Shown here: piece after piece, positions 11,230-22,858 of the stretch
Position numbering within the stretch: the stretch's first letter is position 1
How the letters are laid out: every line of letters begins with the position of its first letter
Origin: Bugula neritina
Lineage: Eukaryota > Animalia > Bryozoa
DNA: 64,000 nucleotides
Assembly (NCBI GenBank): GCA_964035545.1
Contig: OZ037770.1
Span: forward strand, 15,428,642-15,492,641
Direction of reading: 5' to 3'
Translations under genes and position numbers: made by a program
Notes under the pieces: generated by a model
What the model saw: the letters and a program-made list of their open reading frames with translations, nothing else
The model's database searches: none
Told to the model about the DNA's origin: nothing

Positions 11230-12402
11230 AAGACTGTGCACCCTCTTAGTGTTTGACAAGAAGCTGTCACTAATCACAAGCTGGAATGTTGTTAGTTATT
11301 GTGACTGGTAAATTTGTTATAAAGTCATGTGCTAGTTGCTAATAGAGCAACTGTCCACTTTTGTTTTTACCTGTAAGTATTGTTTAAACTTGTTTTAGTC
11401 AACATAAAGCTGTGGCTATAGCTTTTGCATCTTTTCTTTTTAATTTAATGGTTTTTTTATTTTATTCGTGGCACTATTTGTGTCTTACTATTTCCATCCA
11501 TAAAGAGCATTAATTGATGACTTGTTTTTCATATGTCGGCAAAATAAAGTTTTCTGTAGTGATGAGAAATCATAAGGCTGCGTATATTTAGTCTGCAGAA
11601 GACAGCATTCTTGTCATGAACATGTTTTTACAAACAGTTTTCATGATAACCTTCACCCAGTTTCAGAATTGCATGAGAAGACAAGTCTTAATATCATGAT
11701 GATGTCCAATTTTCAGGTTGTTTGTTCATATTCATTATAAATAGCACAGCTGTTGGTGGGTCATGAGAAGGTATCTAATGAAAACTGCATCAGCCGCTGT
11801 CAGCCACGACAGCATATACATTGTATTTATTTCAATTTAACCTCAGTAATTTTATTCAGACGCACATTGATTTCTTCACTTCTTTGAGCAGAATTCCCAT
11901 TCAAGAGCTAGTATCATCAAAAGTGAAACAACTCCCACAGCTTCATGCCACAATAACCAGATCTCTAGTATTTTATAAGGCAACTTAAAGCTCATTGCAA
12001 TATTAGAACATGAGTTGCTTTTACTAGGGATAAACTAAATTTGAAATATTTGTTATCTGATGTGGCTGTGTGCTCTTTACACTGTTTAGAATAAAGACCT
12101 AGAGAATATTTGACCTTTAGGTCATGCCTTATCACATTTTGACAGCTTTTTCTCTAAAACTTGCTTTGTTTTGTGTGTTTAAAGATATATGACTAGCATA
12201 CAACTATGTTCCTTATCAAGCATACGTATGAATATTAATAGAACCTAATCGTGTGCAGACTGGAGTAGACTTTGCCCCCTTGTATTTATCTTGCAGTGTT
12301 ACAGGAATTCACTGATAGACTATACTCTAGATTAAACGTAGTAAGAGTATGCAGCACCTATCACAGTGCCAAGTTTCATTGTCTGGTGAATAGGGCATGA
12401 CG

Positions 12403-12433
12403 TAGGTCAGCACTTAGGTCATTCCGTAGGTCA
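12403..12433 (+). promoter_or_regulatory. Three TAGGTCA nuclear-receptor half-sites at 12-bp period, upstream of the carotenoid oxygenase
   Basis: TAGGTCA at 12403, 12415 and 12427; candidate 5'UTR donor gtaagt at 12471; TGACCTttAGGTCA at 12111-12124. Confidence 0.45.
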
Positions 12434-13088
12434 ATCAGTCAGCAAACTTACTCAGAGGGCTCAACAGTTCGTAAGTATTGGAGATTTACTGCTTGCTATA
12501 ACTAATGTATACCACCATAGCTAGTTTAGCTTGCTAACATAAATGCTGTCAAGCATATTAATTTTGTACTGAAACCCTGATTTGCATCCTTCTTCTTTTT
12601 TAGATATTTGTATAATTTTAAATTTCATTTTTAAATAATATATTTTTCAATGGAATTCTAGTAGAATCAGCGTATAGCTTATATCAGATAAAGCTGCAAC
12701 AATCTACAAGTATATATTATAATTTCATCTTAAATTTACAAAAATTGTATTATAGCTTAAAATCTAAGCAGCACCCTACTTAATCTAACGCAAACCTCAG
12801 GCTAAATAAAGTCACCGGAGCAGTTTAGTGTGGTAGACTTGTAAAGTTTGTCAACTGGTTGAGTTTAAAAACAAAAGATCTAATAAGTAGAGAGCGTTTG
12901 AGTGCTTAGAGGTGTGGAAAGCAGCTTTGTCAGCTTTACAACATAATGTTCTAGCCAAGTTTTGTCCTACTTTGCTCATGTCAGGTTCACGTTCATATAA
13001 ACATATGATTGTTTACATAGGGGAGAGGGTCAGACTGAAAGGGGTTCTAAAGAGTATAGTTTGTTTCTTGATACTTCACAGCAAAGCA

Positions 13089-16000
13089 ATGGACAGCAAA
13101 GACCTCTTCAACAACAATATTAATGAGACTTCAAAGGAGTACCCTATAAGCCCTTTATTCGAGTGTTTCCCAGAATGCCTAGTTGGTGTGTTTGCAGACG
13201 TGCAAGGTATACTGTCATACTGAAATATCTTATCTTATACGCAGACACAATTTACTCTGTAGTATCTTAATATATACATTCGACTGACGTAGAAATGTTA
13301 CTATTGATCAGGAGTTATTCCTCCCTGGGTATCCGGAAGCCTTGTACGGGTTGGTCCTGGAAAATTTAAATATGGCGAGCAGGAAGTTAAGCACTGGTTT
13401 GACGGAGCGGGAATATTACATAAATTCAGTATAACAGAAGGCAGGGTTACATTTCAGAGCAAGTAAGAATTTAATTGGAATGAGTAGCCATTACATTGTA
13501 TACTAAAAAGAGCTACGTTGTCTAGTTTCTGTAAGTAGTATGCAGTCTCTACACTGTACTATACTATACTATCACCTTGTTCGTAGGTTCATTGAAAGTG
13601 AAGCATACAAAAACAACAAAGCTCAACAAAGAATAACTGTAGCAGAGTTTGGTACTTCCATTACCCCTGACCCATGTGCTTCTAAGTTTGCAAGGTAGAG
13701 CTTAGTCTAGATCCTATGAAAATAAGGGCAGGAAATGCTGCCTGATTTAGTAAGGATATTGCTAATGGAGTAGCCAGGCCTGTCTGGGTTGTACTTTCAT
13801 AGGCTTGATAGTTGATAAAGTGCCAAGTATATTGATAAAAGTGTTAAGCATAGTTTTGGCTAGAAGAAGATTAGTAGATAGTATCATGACTGGTTTAGTT
13901 GGTAGTATACTGGTATATGGTAGTATATGGTAGTATATGGTAGTATGTGGTAGTATATATTATGTCAGTATGTGGTAGTATATGGTAGTATATGGTGTAT
14001 ATGGTAGTATATGGTAGTATATGGTAGTATATGACAGTATGTGGTAGTATATGGCAGTATGTGATAGTATATGGTAGGATATGGTAGTATATGGCAGTAT
14101 ATGATAGTATATGGTAGTATATGATAGTATATGGTAGTATATGGTAGTATATGACAGTATGTGGTAGTATATGGTAGTATATGGTAGTATGCGGTAGTAT
14201 ATGTTAGTATATGGTAGGATATGGTAGTATATTATATTATATGATAGTATGTGGTAGTATATGATAGTATGTGGTAGTATGTGGTAGTATTTGTTATTAG
14301 TACAGTATATGGTGGTGTATGTTGCAGATTTAAGTCCTGGTTCCAGCTACCCCCAAAAGGGGACAATGTAAATATAAACATCTTCAAATATGGCGACTTC
14401 CTAGTTGCCTGTACTGATTCTCCCATTTTCCAGACTGTCACCCAAGATTTGAGCACAGTTGGAAGTGTGAGTATGGTATGGATACAGTGTGGATATAGTA
14501 TGGGTATAGTGTGGATATAGTGTGGATATAGTGTGAGTATAGTGTGAGTATAGTATGGATATAGTGTGGATACAGTGTAGATATGGTGTGGATATAGTGT
14601 GAGTATAGTGTGAGTATAGTATGGATATAGTGTGGATACAGTGTAGATACAGTGTGGATACAGTGTAGATATGGTGTGGATATAGTGTGGGTATTACTCT
14701 AAAGGTAGATTTGACGGAAGTAATCTCGCTGACTTTGGCGACAGCACACCCCCACTTTGGAGACGACGACTCCATATATATAAGTGGATCCTCTTTCAAA
14801 GGGAGACCCAACCACCACATAGTCAGGATTCCTCCTTGTAGTGCTGCAGCAGGTAGGCTGTATGCTTATACTACCCTATATTTAAGTACAAACTGTCCTA
14901 CAAAGCTCCTTTCCAAAACATTTCAGAAATATTAATCAGGAAAGCTGCAGTTTTTAACCTCTAGTACTTTATAGGCTCTGAATCTCTCAATTTTTTGTTT
15001 GTCTCAGATAGGTGTGCGTGAAATATTGTATTTATACTTTTTAAAGTGATATTGGATTGTTATATTCATTTTACTTGAGGTAAATTTGGAGGAAAAGGGA
15101 AGGAGCATTGGTTACCAGGTGACCACCTTGTATGAGTTATAAGCTGACTACATATGCATATATTATGATAAAGTGCTATGCGCATGCTATGTATACATAG
15201 CACTTTGGTGTTGTTATTAGTTATATTCAAGCTAATTTTGATATTCGTTTGAGTTTTATCTCAAAACTGGAGGCACTAAGAATATACTCGGAGTAATATT
15301 TTGCTATCATAGTTTGATATTATCCTATACTGTGATTCTTCCAGGGACAGACGACCCTAGAGAAAGCTTAGCCAAGGCGGAGATTATCTGTTCTATACCG
15401 TCAAAGTCTATATTCAATCCAAGTTATTCTCATAGCTTCGGTATGACGGAGAACTACTTCATTTACTGCGAGACTACAGTCTCATTGAACTTGATCAAGA
15501 CTGTTGGAAAAGTTTTGACTGGAGCAGCTGTGAATGATGCTTTCTCATATGACCCTCAGCAGATGGTGATTGGCTACTGCTATGATTTAGTATAATTCTT
15601 TTCTTAAGCCTTTATTGGAGCTCAGAGAGTGGGCAACTCCTGAGTTGTTATAGAAAATATTTTGCTTTATTCATTACATCTTTTAGCATTTAAAATAAGC
15701 AGACGATTGAAAAATGTAACAAACAGAATCAAGATTATCTTATTTCAAGAGTTGGAAAATTCTAAATTTCCAAAACAAAAAGAAAATTTGAAATTAAAAG
15801 TTTAGTTTAATTAACTAGGCTGTTAGAAAATTCTAAAACTTTGATGCATAAAAACTTAACACTTAGAAGTAAACCATAACTGAAATATCTAAGCAGACAC
15901 TTGAAGCTGGCAATATATTCTGCTAACCGATTCTTAGCCTGTGCTCTTTACACTAATTGTTTGAATAGATTTTGCTTGTAGGCTGTGTTCCACATAATAA

Positions 16001-19000
16001 GTAGAGCCACTGGAGAAGTGCTTCCTACCAAGTACCAAATACCTGGTCTATTCTTCTTCCATACCATCAACAGCTATGAAGATGAGGACCACATTGTCAT
16101 TGACCTGTGTAGCTTCTCAGACTTTCAGACAGCAGGTAATAACTATAGCATAAGCAGGTAATAACTATAGCAGACAGCAGGTAATAACTATAGCACAAGT
16201 AGTTAGTATTACAGTGGATGTCGATATTACTACAGTATATGTTGTTACTACTACAGTGTGTTAGTATTATAATCTATATAGTGTGTAGATACTACTACAG
16301 TGTGTGTTGTTATTACTACAGTGTGTGCTGTTGCTACTACAGTGTGTGTTGTTATAACAACAGTGTGTGGTTAGTACTACAGTATATTGTACTTTGTAGA
16401 CCTGTTTACTCAGCCACTAGAACTGTTCAAAAACAATGAATGGAAGAGGAAGAAGCAGTGGTCTACATACAAACACTATCCTCTGAGATTAGTTTTCCCT
16501 CTGAGTATTCCACAAGCACCGTCTAACTCTAACCTCGTTAAACTAAAGAACACCACATGTACAGCCTACAGGAACTCATCTTCTGACCTACTTATTGACG
16601 TCACGTCGGAACGTCTGCTCCCAGAAGGTGAGAAAAAGAGACAACTCTGGTATCACTTCTTTTTGTTTTTTTACATGTTTCTGACAGACATGTATGGAAC
16701 TTGAATTGTTATATTATTATGTGTCTTTTGTTTATCACTAATTACGGACTAGCGAGATGCTACGTTATAATGTCATGTGCATTTGTTTATTAAAATACAT
16801 ATTGGGTCACCGACGAACGAGAGACTACGAGATAAAAGATGTCAGCCTACAGTAGAGAAACATGCCGATAGACTTTGTGATAAAATAATTATAAATCAGT
16901 ACTATACTTTTGGTCCTTGTATTTCCCCTGGCCGGCCAGTCCCCACTTTATTGTTCTTTCAATACTTCAATGTCACGTCTACATACTTCGAGTAACTCTC
17001 AGGTAATTATATACTCACTATACTTAATGTTTCATGGTGGCAGCTAGATCGTACTCGCACCCTACTTTGCCACTAGAGTGGTGATTGTTTAGCTTTTAAT
17101 TGTTTGTTGTTGTGGACTGTGTTGGTCTGCCTTGGAGCTGTCATGGAAGGTTTGAAGGCCCCTGGAGAATTATCATTTGAAGGTAATGTGTCAGACAATT
17201 GGAGGAAGTGGAGAAGGGCCTTGGAAAATTATTTGCTTGCAAGTGATTTGGTTTTGAAGCCTCAAGAGAGTGGCCAAGAGCCTCCTCCTGAGAATGCGGG
17301 TATTAATAGACGTCAGGTTGCTATACTTCTGAACCAGGCTGGTGAGGAAGCTACTGAGATTTATGGTCAATTTGACTTTCCCGCAGGTAAAAGCAAGGAT
17401 GTTATGGCTGATGTTTTGGAGCAGTTTGAAGCCTATTGCAATCCCCGGCGTAACGTGTTGTATGAATGGTTTGTTTTTTGGTCTCTCAGTCAGAGTGATG
17501 GAGAGCCCATTGACACCTTTGTGAAACGTCTAAAAACTCAAGCTACAAAATGTGATTTTGGCGAATTGCGAGACCGAATGCTTCTCTGCAGAATTGTGTT
17601 TGGACTCACCGATGGAAAGCTGAAGGAGCGGCTACTCCGTGACAAAAACGTTAAACTTGAGAGTGCCTTAGATGACATCCGTGCTGCTGAGATTACCAAA
17701 CAGCAGATGTCAAGGATGGCTGCCGGTGATACTACTATGAAGACAGTCAATGAGATAAATGATGCTGCAGTCAGCACTGTGCAGAGTCAGTCTGGCGCTA
17801 CGCAAAATAAAACCAGAAGTAACACACGTAAGGACAACATAGATTGCAAATTTTGTGGATATACACATGCCAAAGGTAGATGTCCTGCTTATGGCGAGAC
17901 ATGTCATAACTGCGGGAAGAAAAATCACTTTGAGAAAGTCTGCAAAGGCAAAGCTCTTGGAGAGAAACAAATGAATAGCTTGTTCATAGGTGCTGTTGGT
18001 GCTCTTTCTAATGAATCTAAATTGAAATCTTGGATTCTTCCGATGAAGGTCAGTGACAAAGGAAAGGCCAATGATATTCAGTTTAAGATTGATACTGGAG
18101 CTGAAACAAATTGCATCAACCTAAGAACCGTTCAGTCACTTGGTGCTACTCTAAAGCCCACTTCTGTATGCCTTTACGGCTATAATAAGACCAAGGTCAA
18201 GAATGTGGGTGCAGTTCAACTCACCGTGAACCACAAGGAGCATAGCCAGAGTGTCCACTTTGAGGTGGTTGATGAGGACCTTCCTCCCATACTTGGCCTC
18301 GAGGCTGCTGAATCTTTTGGTCTGATCCGCAGAGTTGATCAGTTGTCAACCTCGATACTTCAGGAGTTCCCTGAGGTGTTTGAAGGAGTTGGCAGACTTG
18401 ATGGAGAGCACGAGATATGTGTTGACAAGAATGTGAAGCCTGTGGTTCATCATCCAAGACGTGTCCCACTCAGTATGTTAGACAAAGTGAAAAAGGAGCT
18501 GGATGATATGGAGGCATCTGGAATCATATCTAAGGTTGACGTACCAACCAACTGGGTGAGTAGTATGGTATGCGTTGAAAAGAAAGATGGGTCGGTTCGT
18601 ATATGCCTAGACCCCAAAGACCTGAACAGAGCAGTGAGACGAGAACATCACAAGATACCCACATTAGAAGACATTGCCTTCAGATTCAATGGTATGCAAT
18701 ACTACACTATCATGGACATGAAACATGGATACTGGCATGTAGCCTTGACCCAAGAGAGTAGTCTGCTCACAACGTTCAACACCCCATATGGTCGCTACTG
18801 TTTTGATAGACTTCCATTTGGTCTTCACTCAAGTGCTGAAGTCTTTGAGAAGAAGGTGGAGCAAATATTTGGAGACTTGCCTGGTGTCTCAGTGTATTTT
18901 GATGACATCATTGTAGCTGGAAAGACACAACAGGAACATGATGCCAATCTGAGAAAGCTATTGGTAAAGGCCAAAGAGGCTAATGTGAAGTTTAATCGCA

Positions 19001-22000
19001 AGAAGATTCAGTTGAATCAGACGGAGGTACGCTATTTAGGCCATATAGTATCGAAAGATGGTCTGCGTCCTGACCCAGACAAGATAGCTGCTATTGAGGC
19101 CATGCCTGACCCAACAGACCGAGAGGGAGTACAAAGACTGATTGGTACTCTCAATTTTCTAAGAGCCTACATACCCAACATGTCAGCCTGTACTGAGCCC
19201 TTGAGAGTGCTACTGAAGAGTGATAGTCAGTGGGTGTGGTCCAAAGAACAAATGGAAAGCTTCCAGGTAATTAAACGCTTGCTTACATCCGAACCTGTCT
19301 TGCAGTATTTTGATGTTACCAAGGATGCGCATTTACAAGTTGACGCTTCAAAGTCGGGACTTGGTGCAGTGTTACTACAGGAAGGTAAACCTGTTGCATA
19401 TGCTTCACGCAGCTTAACTGAGACTGAGTGCAACTATCCCCAAATAGATAAGGAGCTGCTAGCAGTTGTGTTCGGCTGTGAGCGCTTTCACAGCTACCTC
19501 TATGGACGTGCTGTTCACATACAGACGAATCATAAACCTCTCATCCCGATAATGAACAAGTCGTTGCACAAGGCATCCCCAAGGCTGCAAAGACTACTTC
19601 TGCGACTACAAAGATACCGGATAGCTGAGTTCACATATGTTCCAGGCAAGTATTTATATATTGCTGACACACTATCCCGAGCCTACCTTCAGCGCGTTAC
19701 AAATGATCAGTGTGATCTCGAAGGTGAAGTTGTAATGGTTCATGCTTTAGAAACCAATGATAGCACCATGAATGAGATGAGACAGTCATATGCTGAAGAC
19801 CCGACAATGGACAGTCTGAAAAAAGCACTGCAAGATGGTTGGTCATGGAGTAGACGGAGTCAGGCCCCCACAGAAATCCAACCCTACTGGAATGTTAGAT
19901 CTGACATCTATGATGTGGATGGATTTCTTTACGTTGAAGAGCGGCTTATAGTTCCGAAGTCACAGAGGAAGCACATTCTAAAGTCGCTACACATGGGCCA
20001 CCTGGGCGTTGAGAAATGCAGAGAGCTTGCGAGGAAATCATTCTATTGGCCTGGGCTATCTGCTGATATACGGAATGAAGTGTCAAGTTGCCTCACCTGC
20101 GCTAAGTTTTCCAACCGTCAACAGAAAGAGCCGTTAATGTCTCATAAGCTACCAAGTCTACCATGGAATAAAGTGGCTATGGATATACTGTCCTATAAGA
20201 ATAATGATTACTTGGTAGTTGTGGACTGTTACTCTCACTTCCCCGAGCTGAGATTACTCAGGAGAAAGACTGCTGAAGACGTGGTTTTGGCATTGAAATC
20301 CATATTTGCTGTACACGGGGTACCAGTGTCCATTCTGGCGGACAACATGCCTTTCAGCAGTAGAGTCATGCAAACTTTTGCATCAAGCTGGTGCTTCACC
20401 ATTGTAACATCTAGTCCGCACTACCCTAAGTCCAATGGAATGGCTGAGCGTTATGTGCAAACGATGAAAGCCTTTCTAAAAAAATGTGAGGATGAAAGAG
20501 AGGATATATACAGGTCACTACTCAGATACAGGCAATCTCCTATCACTGGCTGTGCTTTCAGTCCAGCTGAGCTTCTGTTCAACAGAGCCCTAAGAAGTGA
20601 TTTGCCAATCACTGCCGAGTCGCTTAAACCAGTTGTTATTGAGGCTAGCCAACAACTAATAGCCAACCAAAACTTGCAGAAGAAGTACCATGACCGCCAT
20701 GCACGGCCGTTGGCTGATCTGGAACCTGGGACTCCTGCACTAATCAGGTCAAGCACTGACAAAGAATGGTCGCCAGGAATGATTGTCGAGCAGCATGACT
20801 CCCCCAGATCCTACTTGGTTGACAACGGTCAGTCTATAGTGCGTAGGAATCGTGTTCACCTCAAACCAGATAACACACAGACCCTTGGTGTCGCTGATGC
20901 TGCTGATTCTGATGTTGGGGATGCTCCTAATGAATCCCCCCACATGCCTACCCTGCCTGCAACACCTCTCAGGAACGCGGCACCACCACCAGAGCGTCAA
21001 CCCAGAAGCAACCGTGGAGTCCTCCCCGCTAAATACAAGGACTTCCACATGGGATAAGCTATTAGCCGTTTCCCACCCTGTACATAGTTATTTAGTTTCA
21101 TTGTTAATCCCCAATCCATATTAATCATGTATACTCGTATCATATTATTAATCTCAGCAACCTTAATCACAATGTTATAGAAGGAAGTCACCTGCTTAAG
21201 AAGGGAGATGTTATATTATTATGTGTCTTTTGTTTATCACTAATTACGGACTAGCGAGATGCTACGTTATAATGTCATGTGCATTTGTTTATTAAAATAC
21301 ATATTGGGTCACCGACGAACGAGAGACTACGAGATAAAAGATGTCAGCCTACAGTAGAGAAACATGCCGATAGACTTTGTGATAAAATAATTATAAATCA
21401 GTACTATACTTTTGGTCCTTGTATTTCCCCTGGCCGGCCAGTCCCCACTTTATTGTTCTTTCAATACTTCAATGTCACGTCTACACACTTCGAGTAACTC
21501 TCAGGTAATTATATACTCACTATACTTAATGTTTCATGAATCACTACAAGTTTTGATACTGGCAGTATGACAGATGTGAAATGTTTCAGGTGAAGACCGT
21601 ATAGATATTCCACAGATAAATTACGCCAAATGTAATGGAAGGAAATACAGATATTTCTATGGAACAGGGCTCATTGTAAATCAATATTTTGCCAACGCTG
21701 TAAGTTTAACTTTACAATTGTATTTTGATATCTTTATATTAAATATAGTATCGCAGTAACTATAATAAATAATATAATAGCTAGTATGGCGACTTATAAT
21801 ACATTTAATTGAACAATTTTGACATATGAATATTATAATATTTAATATAATATTATTATATTATAATATTGTAAACTATAGAATATTGATACCTAAATGA
21901 AACGTAGTAGTTTACTGACTACTTAAATATCTTCCTACTTTAAAACTAAATTCACAAAGCTAGTAGGCTTTACCATTGGTTGACATGTATATATAATCTT

Positions 22001-22698
22001 CTACAAAGAGCATATTATATTGAAGGCGAAAGGTTTAGGACGCTATTGGATTCCCTACACATAGGGAATCCAAAAGCGCCCTTAATTAATGCAATTCAGC
22101 AGGAGGAGAAAACTACTATATGTAACATCTGACTGATGACATGCATGTATTACAGCAGTTACACTATCTCTTTAGTTAGGCAAAGTAGACGTAGTTACGA
22201 AGAGCAGTGTGAGATGGAAAGGAAGTGCTAGCCAATACCCATCTGAACCTGTCTTCGTCCCTCATCCGGAAGCAACTTTAGAAGATGATGGTAAAGTTAC
22301 ACATCGTAGTATACTCTGCATACTATACATACATTACGCTGTGTCATGCTTTTACTGAGCATGCTTTACCTAGATTCAACTCAACAGACGAGTGCCCCTA
22401 ACCGTATCCACTCCTTCTCACAGCATCCACCCCACAATTCTCCTTTGCAGTGCCCTACCACATAGCTTTACACACCACCTTACAGTGCCCCTCTCTGTCA
22501 ACGTCTATATTGTCAGCTAAAAGTTGCTGTCGAATCGTTACAGGTGTGGTACTGGCCTCCGTGTGCGACGTGGACCCCAGCAAGCGTGACTTCCTGTTGG
22601 TACTTGACGGGAAAACCTTCCAGGAACTTGCAAGAGCGTATGTTCCGGAAAAAGTGCGGGTTCCGTATTCAATACATGGCAATTACTACAGTATATGA
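13089..22698 (+). CDS. Carotenoid cleavage oxygenase (BCO1/BCO2/RPE65/NinaB superfamily), 11 exons, ~548 aa
   Basis: Exons 13089-13206, 13312-13462, 13587-13694, 14328-14466, 14705-14852, 15345-15565, 15982-16135, 16400-16627, 21590-21699, 22176-22290, 22544-22698; all GT-AG and phase-consistent. Motifs IPPWVSGSLVRVGPG, HWFDG, EFGT..PDPC, TAHPH, PSYSHSFGMTENY, FHTINSYE, PQINY, YPSEPVFVP, EDDGV, IHG. All four Fe-ligand His present. Confidence 0.95.
13910..14290. repeat. 10-bp minisatellite (atatggtagt)n in oxygenase intron 3
   Basis: Dozens of tandem copies ending ~37 bp before the acceptor at 14327. Confidence 0.92.
14467..14690. repeat. 11-bp minisatellite (gtgtggatata)n filling oxygenase intron 4
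   Basis: Occupies almost the whole intron 14467-14704. Confidence 0.9.
16131..16385. repeat. Donor-containing repeat (agcaggtaataactatagca x3) followed by (tactacagtgtgtg)-type repeat, oxygenase intron 7
   Basis: The exon-7 donor cag|gtaat occurs three times within 16131-16197; a second degenerate repeat runs to the acceptor at 16399. Confidence 0.8.
16707..17034 (+). repeat. 5' LTR
   Basis: By eye, identical to the 3' LTR except T16984 vs C21486. Confidence 0.96.
17143..21057 (+). CDS. Gag-Pol polyprotein (two Zn knuckles, aspartic protease, RT, RNase H, integrase)
   Basis: First ATG at 17143; CKFCGYTHAKGRC and CHNCGKKNHFEKVC; KIDTGA; LPFG and YFDD; VDAS..ELLA..TNHKPL..ADTLSR; HMGH..CLTC; D..D..E (AMDI, ADN, MAER). 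Domain order PR-RT-RH-INT is diagnostic for Ty3/Gypsy. Confidence 0.95.
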   Translation: MEGLKAPGELSFEGNVSDNWRKWRRALENYLLASDLVLKPQESGQEPPPENAGINRRQVAILLNQAGEEATEIYGQFDFPAGKSKDVMADVLEQFEAYCNPRRNVLYEWFVFWSLSQSDGEPIDTFVKRLKTQATKCDFGELRDRMLLCRIVFGLTDGKLKERLLRDKNVKLESALDDIRAAEITKQQMSRMAAGDTTMKTVNEINDAAVSTVQSQSGATQNKTRSNTRKDNIDCKFCGYTHAKGRCPAYGETCHNCGKKNHFEKVCKGKALGEKQMNSLFIGAVGALSNESKLKSWILPMKVSDKGKANDIQFKIDTGAETNCINLRTVQSLGATLKPTSVCLYGYNKTKVKNVGAVQLTVNHKEHSQSVHFEVVDEDLPPILGLEAAESFGLIRRVDQLSTSILQEFPEVFEGVGRLDGEHEICVDKNVKPVVHHPRRVPLSMLDKVKKELDDMEASGIISKVDVPTNWVSSMVCVEKKDGSVRICLDPKDLNRAVRREHHKIPTLEDIAFRFNGMQYYTIMDMKHGYWHVALTQESSLLTTFNTPYGRYCFDRLPFGLHSSAEVFEKKVEQIFGDLPGVSVYFDDIIVAGKTQQEHDANLRKLLVKAKEANVKFNRKKIQLNQTEVRYLGHIVSKDGLRPDPDKIAAIEAMPDPTDREGVQRLIGTLNFLRAYIPNMSACTEPLRVLLKSDSQWVWSKEQMESFQVIKRLLTSEPVLQYFDVTKDAHLQVDASKSGLGAVLLQEGKPVAYASRSLTETECNYPQIDKELLAVVFGCERFHSYLYGRAVHIQTNHKPLIPIMNKSLHKASPRLQRLLLRLQRYRIAEFTYVPGKYLYIADTLSRAYLQRVTNDQCDLEGEVVMVHALETNDSTMNEMRQSYAEDPTMDSLKKALQDGWSWSRRSQAPTEIQPYWNVRSDIYDVDGFLYVEERLIVPKSQRKHILKSLHMGHLGVEKCRELARKSFYWPGLSADIRNEVSSCLTCAKFSNRQQKEPLMSHKLPSLPWNKVAMDILSYKNNDYLVVVDCYSHFPELRLLRRKTAEDVVLALKSIFAVHGVPVSILADNMPFSSRVMQTFASSWCFTIVTSSPHYPKSNGMAERYVQTMKAFLKKCEDEREDIYRSLLRYRQSPITGCAFSPAELLFNRALRSDLPITAESLKPVVIEASQQLIANQNLQKKYHDRHARPLADLEPGTPALIRSSTDKEWSPGMIVEQHDSPRSYLVDNGQSIVRRNRVHLKPDNTQTLGVADAADSDVGDAPNESPHMPTLPATPLRNAAPPPERQPRSNRGVLPAKYKDFHMG
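21209..21536 (+). repeat. 3' LTR
   Basis: Follows the polypurine tract; ends TTTCA followed by TSD TGAAT. Confidence 0.96.
22037..22082. repeat. Short inverted repeat (hairpin) in oxygenase intron 9
   Basis: ttggattcccta-caca-tagggaatccaa core with imperfect outer arms aggacgct/agcgccct. Confidence 0.7.
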
Positions 22699-22843
22699 AC
22701 ACTTTCACATAATATACTACAGAGTAAAAACACTTTCACATAATATACTACAGAGTAAAAACACTTTCACATAACATACTGTGAAATATTTATTCTAAAC
22801 GAATCTTTACAATACTATTGCTAACCTGGGGTCAGTATTCTAC

Positions 22844-22858
22844 AATAAAAACTTTATT
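22844..22858. terminator. Back-to-back poly(A) signals between convergent genes
   Basis: AATAAA (+) at 22844-22849 and TTTATT (AATAAA on -) at 22853-22858; a further minus-strand AATAAA at ~23153. Confidence 0.5.

Larger units (their letters stand above)
16707..21536 (+). mobile_element. Full-length Ty3/Gypsy LTR retrotransposon (Mag-like), 4830 bp, sense-oriented in oxygenase intron 8
   Basis: 328-bp LTRs (TG...CA) at 16707-17034 and 21209-21536; 5-bp TSD TGAAT at 16702-16706 and 21537-21541; PBS TGGTGGCAGC at 17035 (tRNA-Leu-like 3' complement); PPT AAGAAGGGAGA at 21198-21208; single gag-pol ORF. Confidence 0.97.

Noticed and set aside
17342-21191. Short overlapping and antisense ORFs within the retrotransposon
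   Set aside because: Shadows of the gag-pol ORF with no motifs.
16777-21497. Twin 72-aa ORFs at 16777 and 21279
   Set aside because: Chance frames inside the two LTRs, starting at GTG; duplication is explained by the LTRs.
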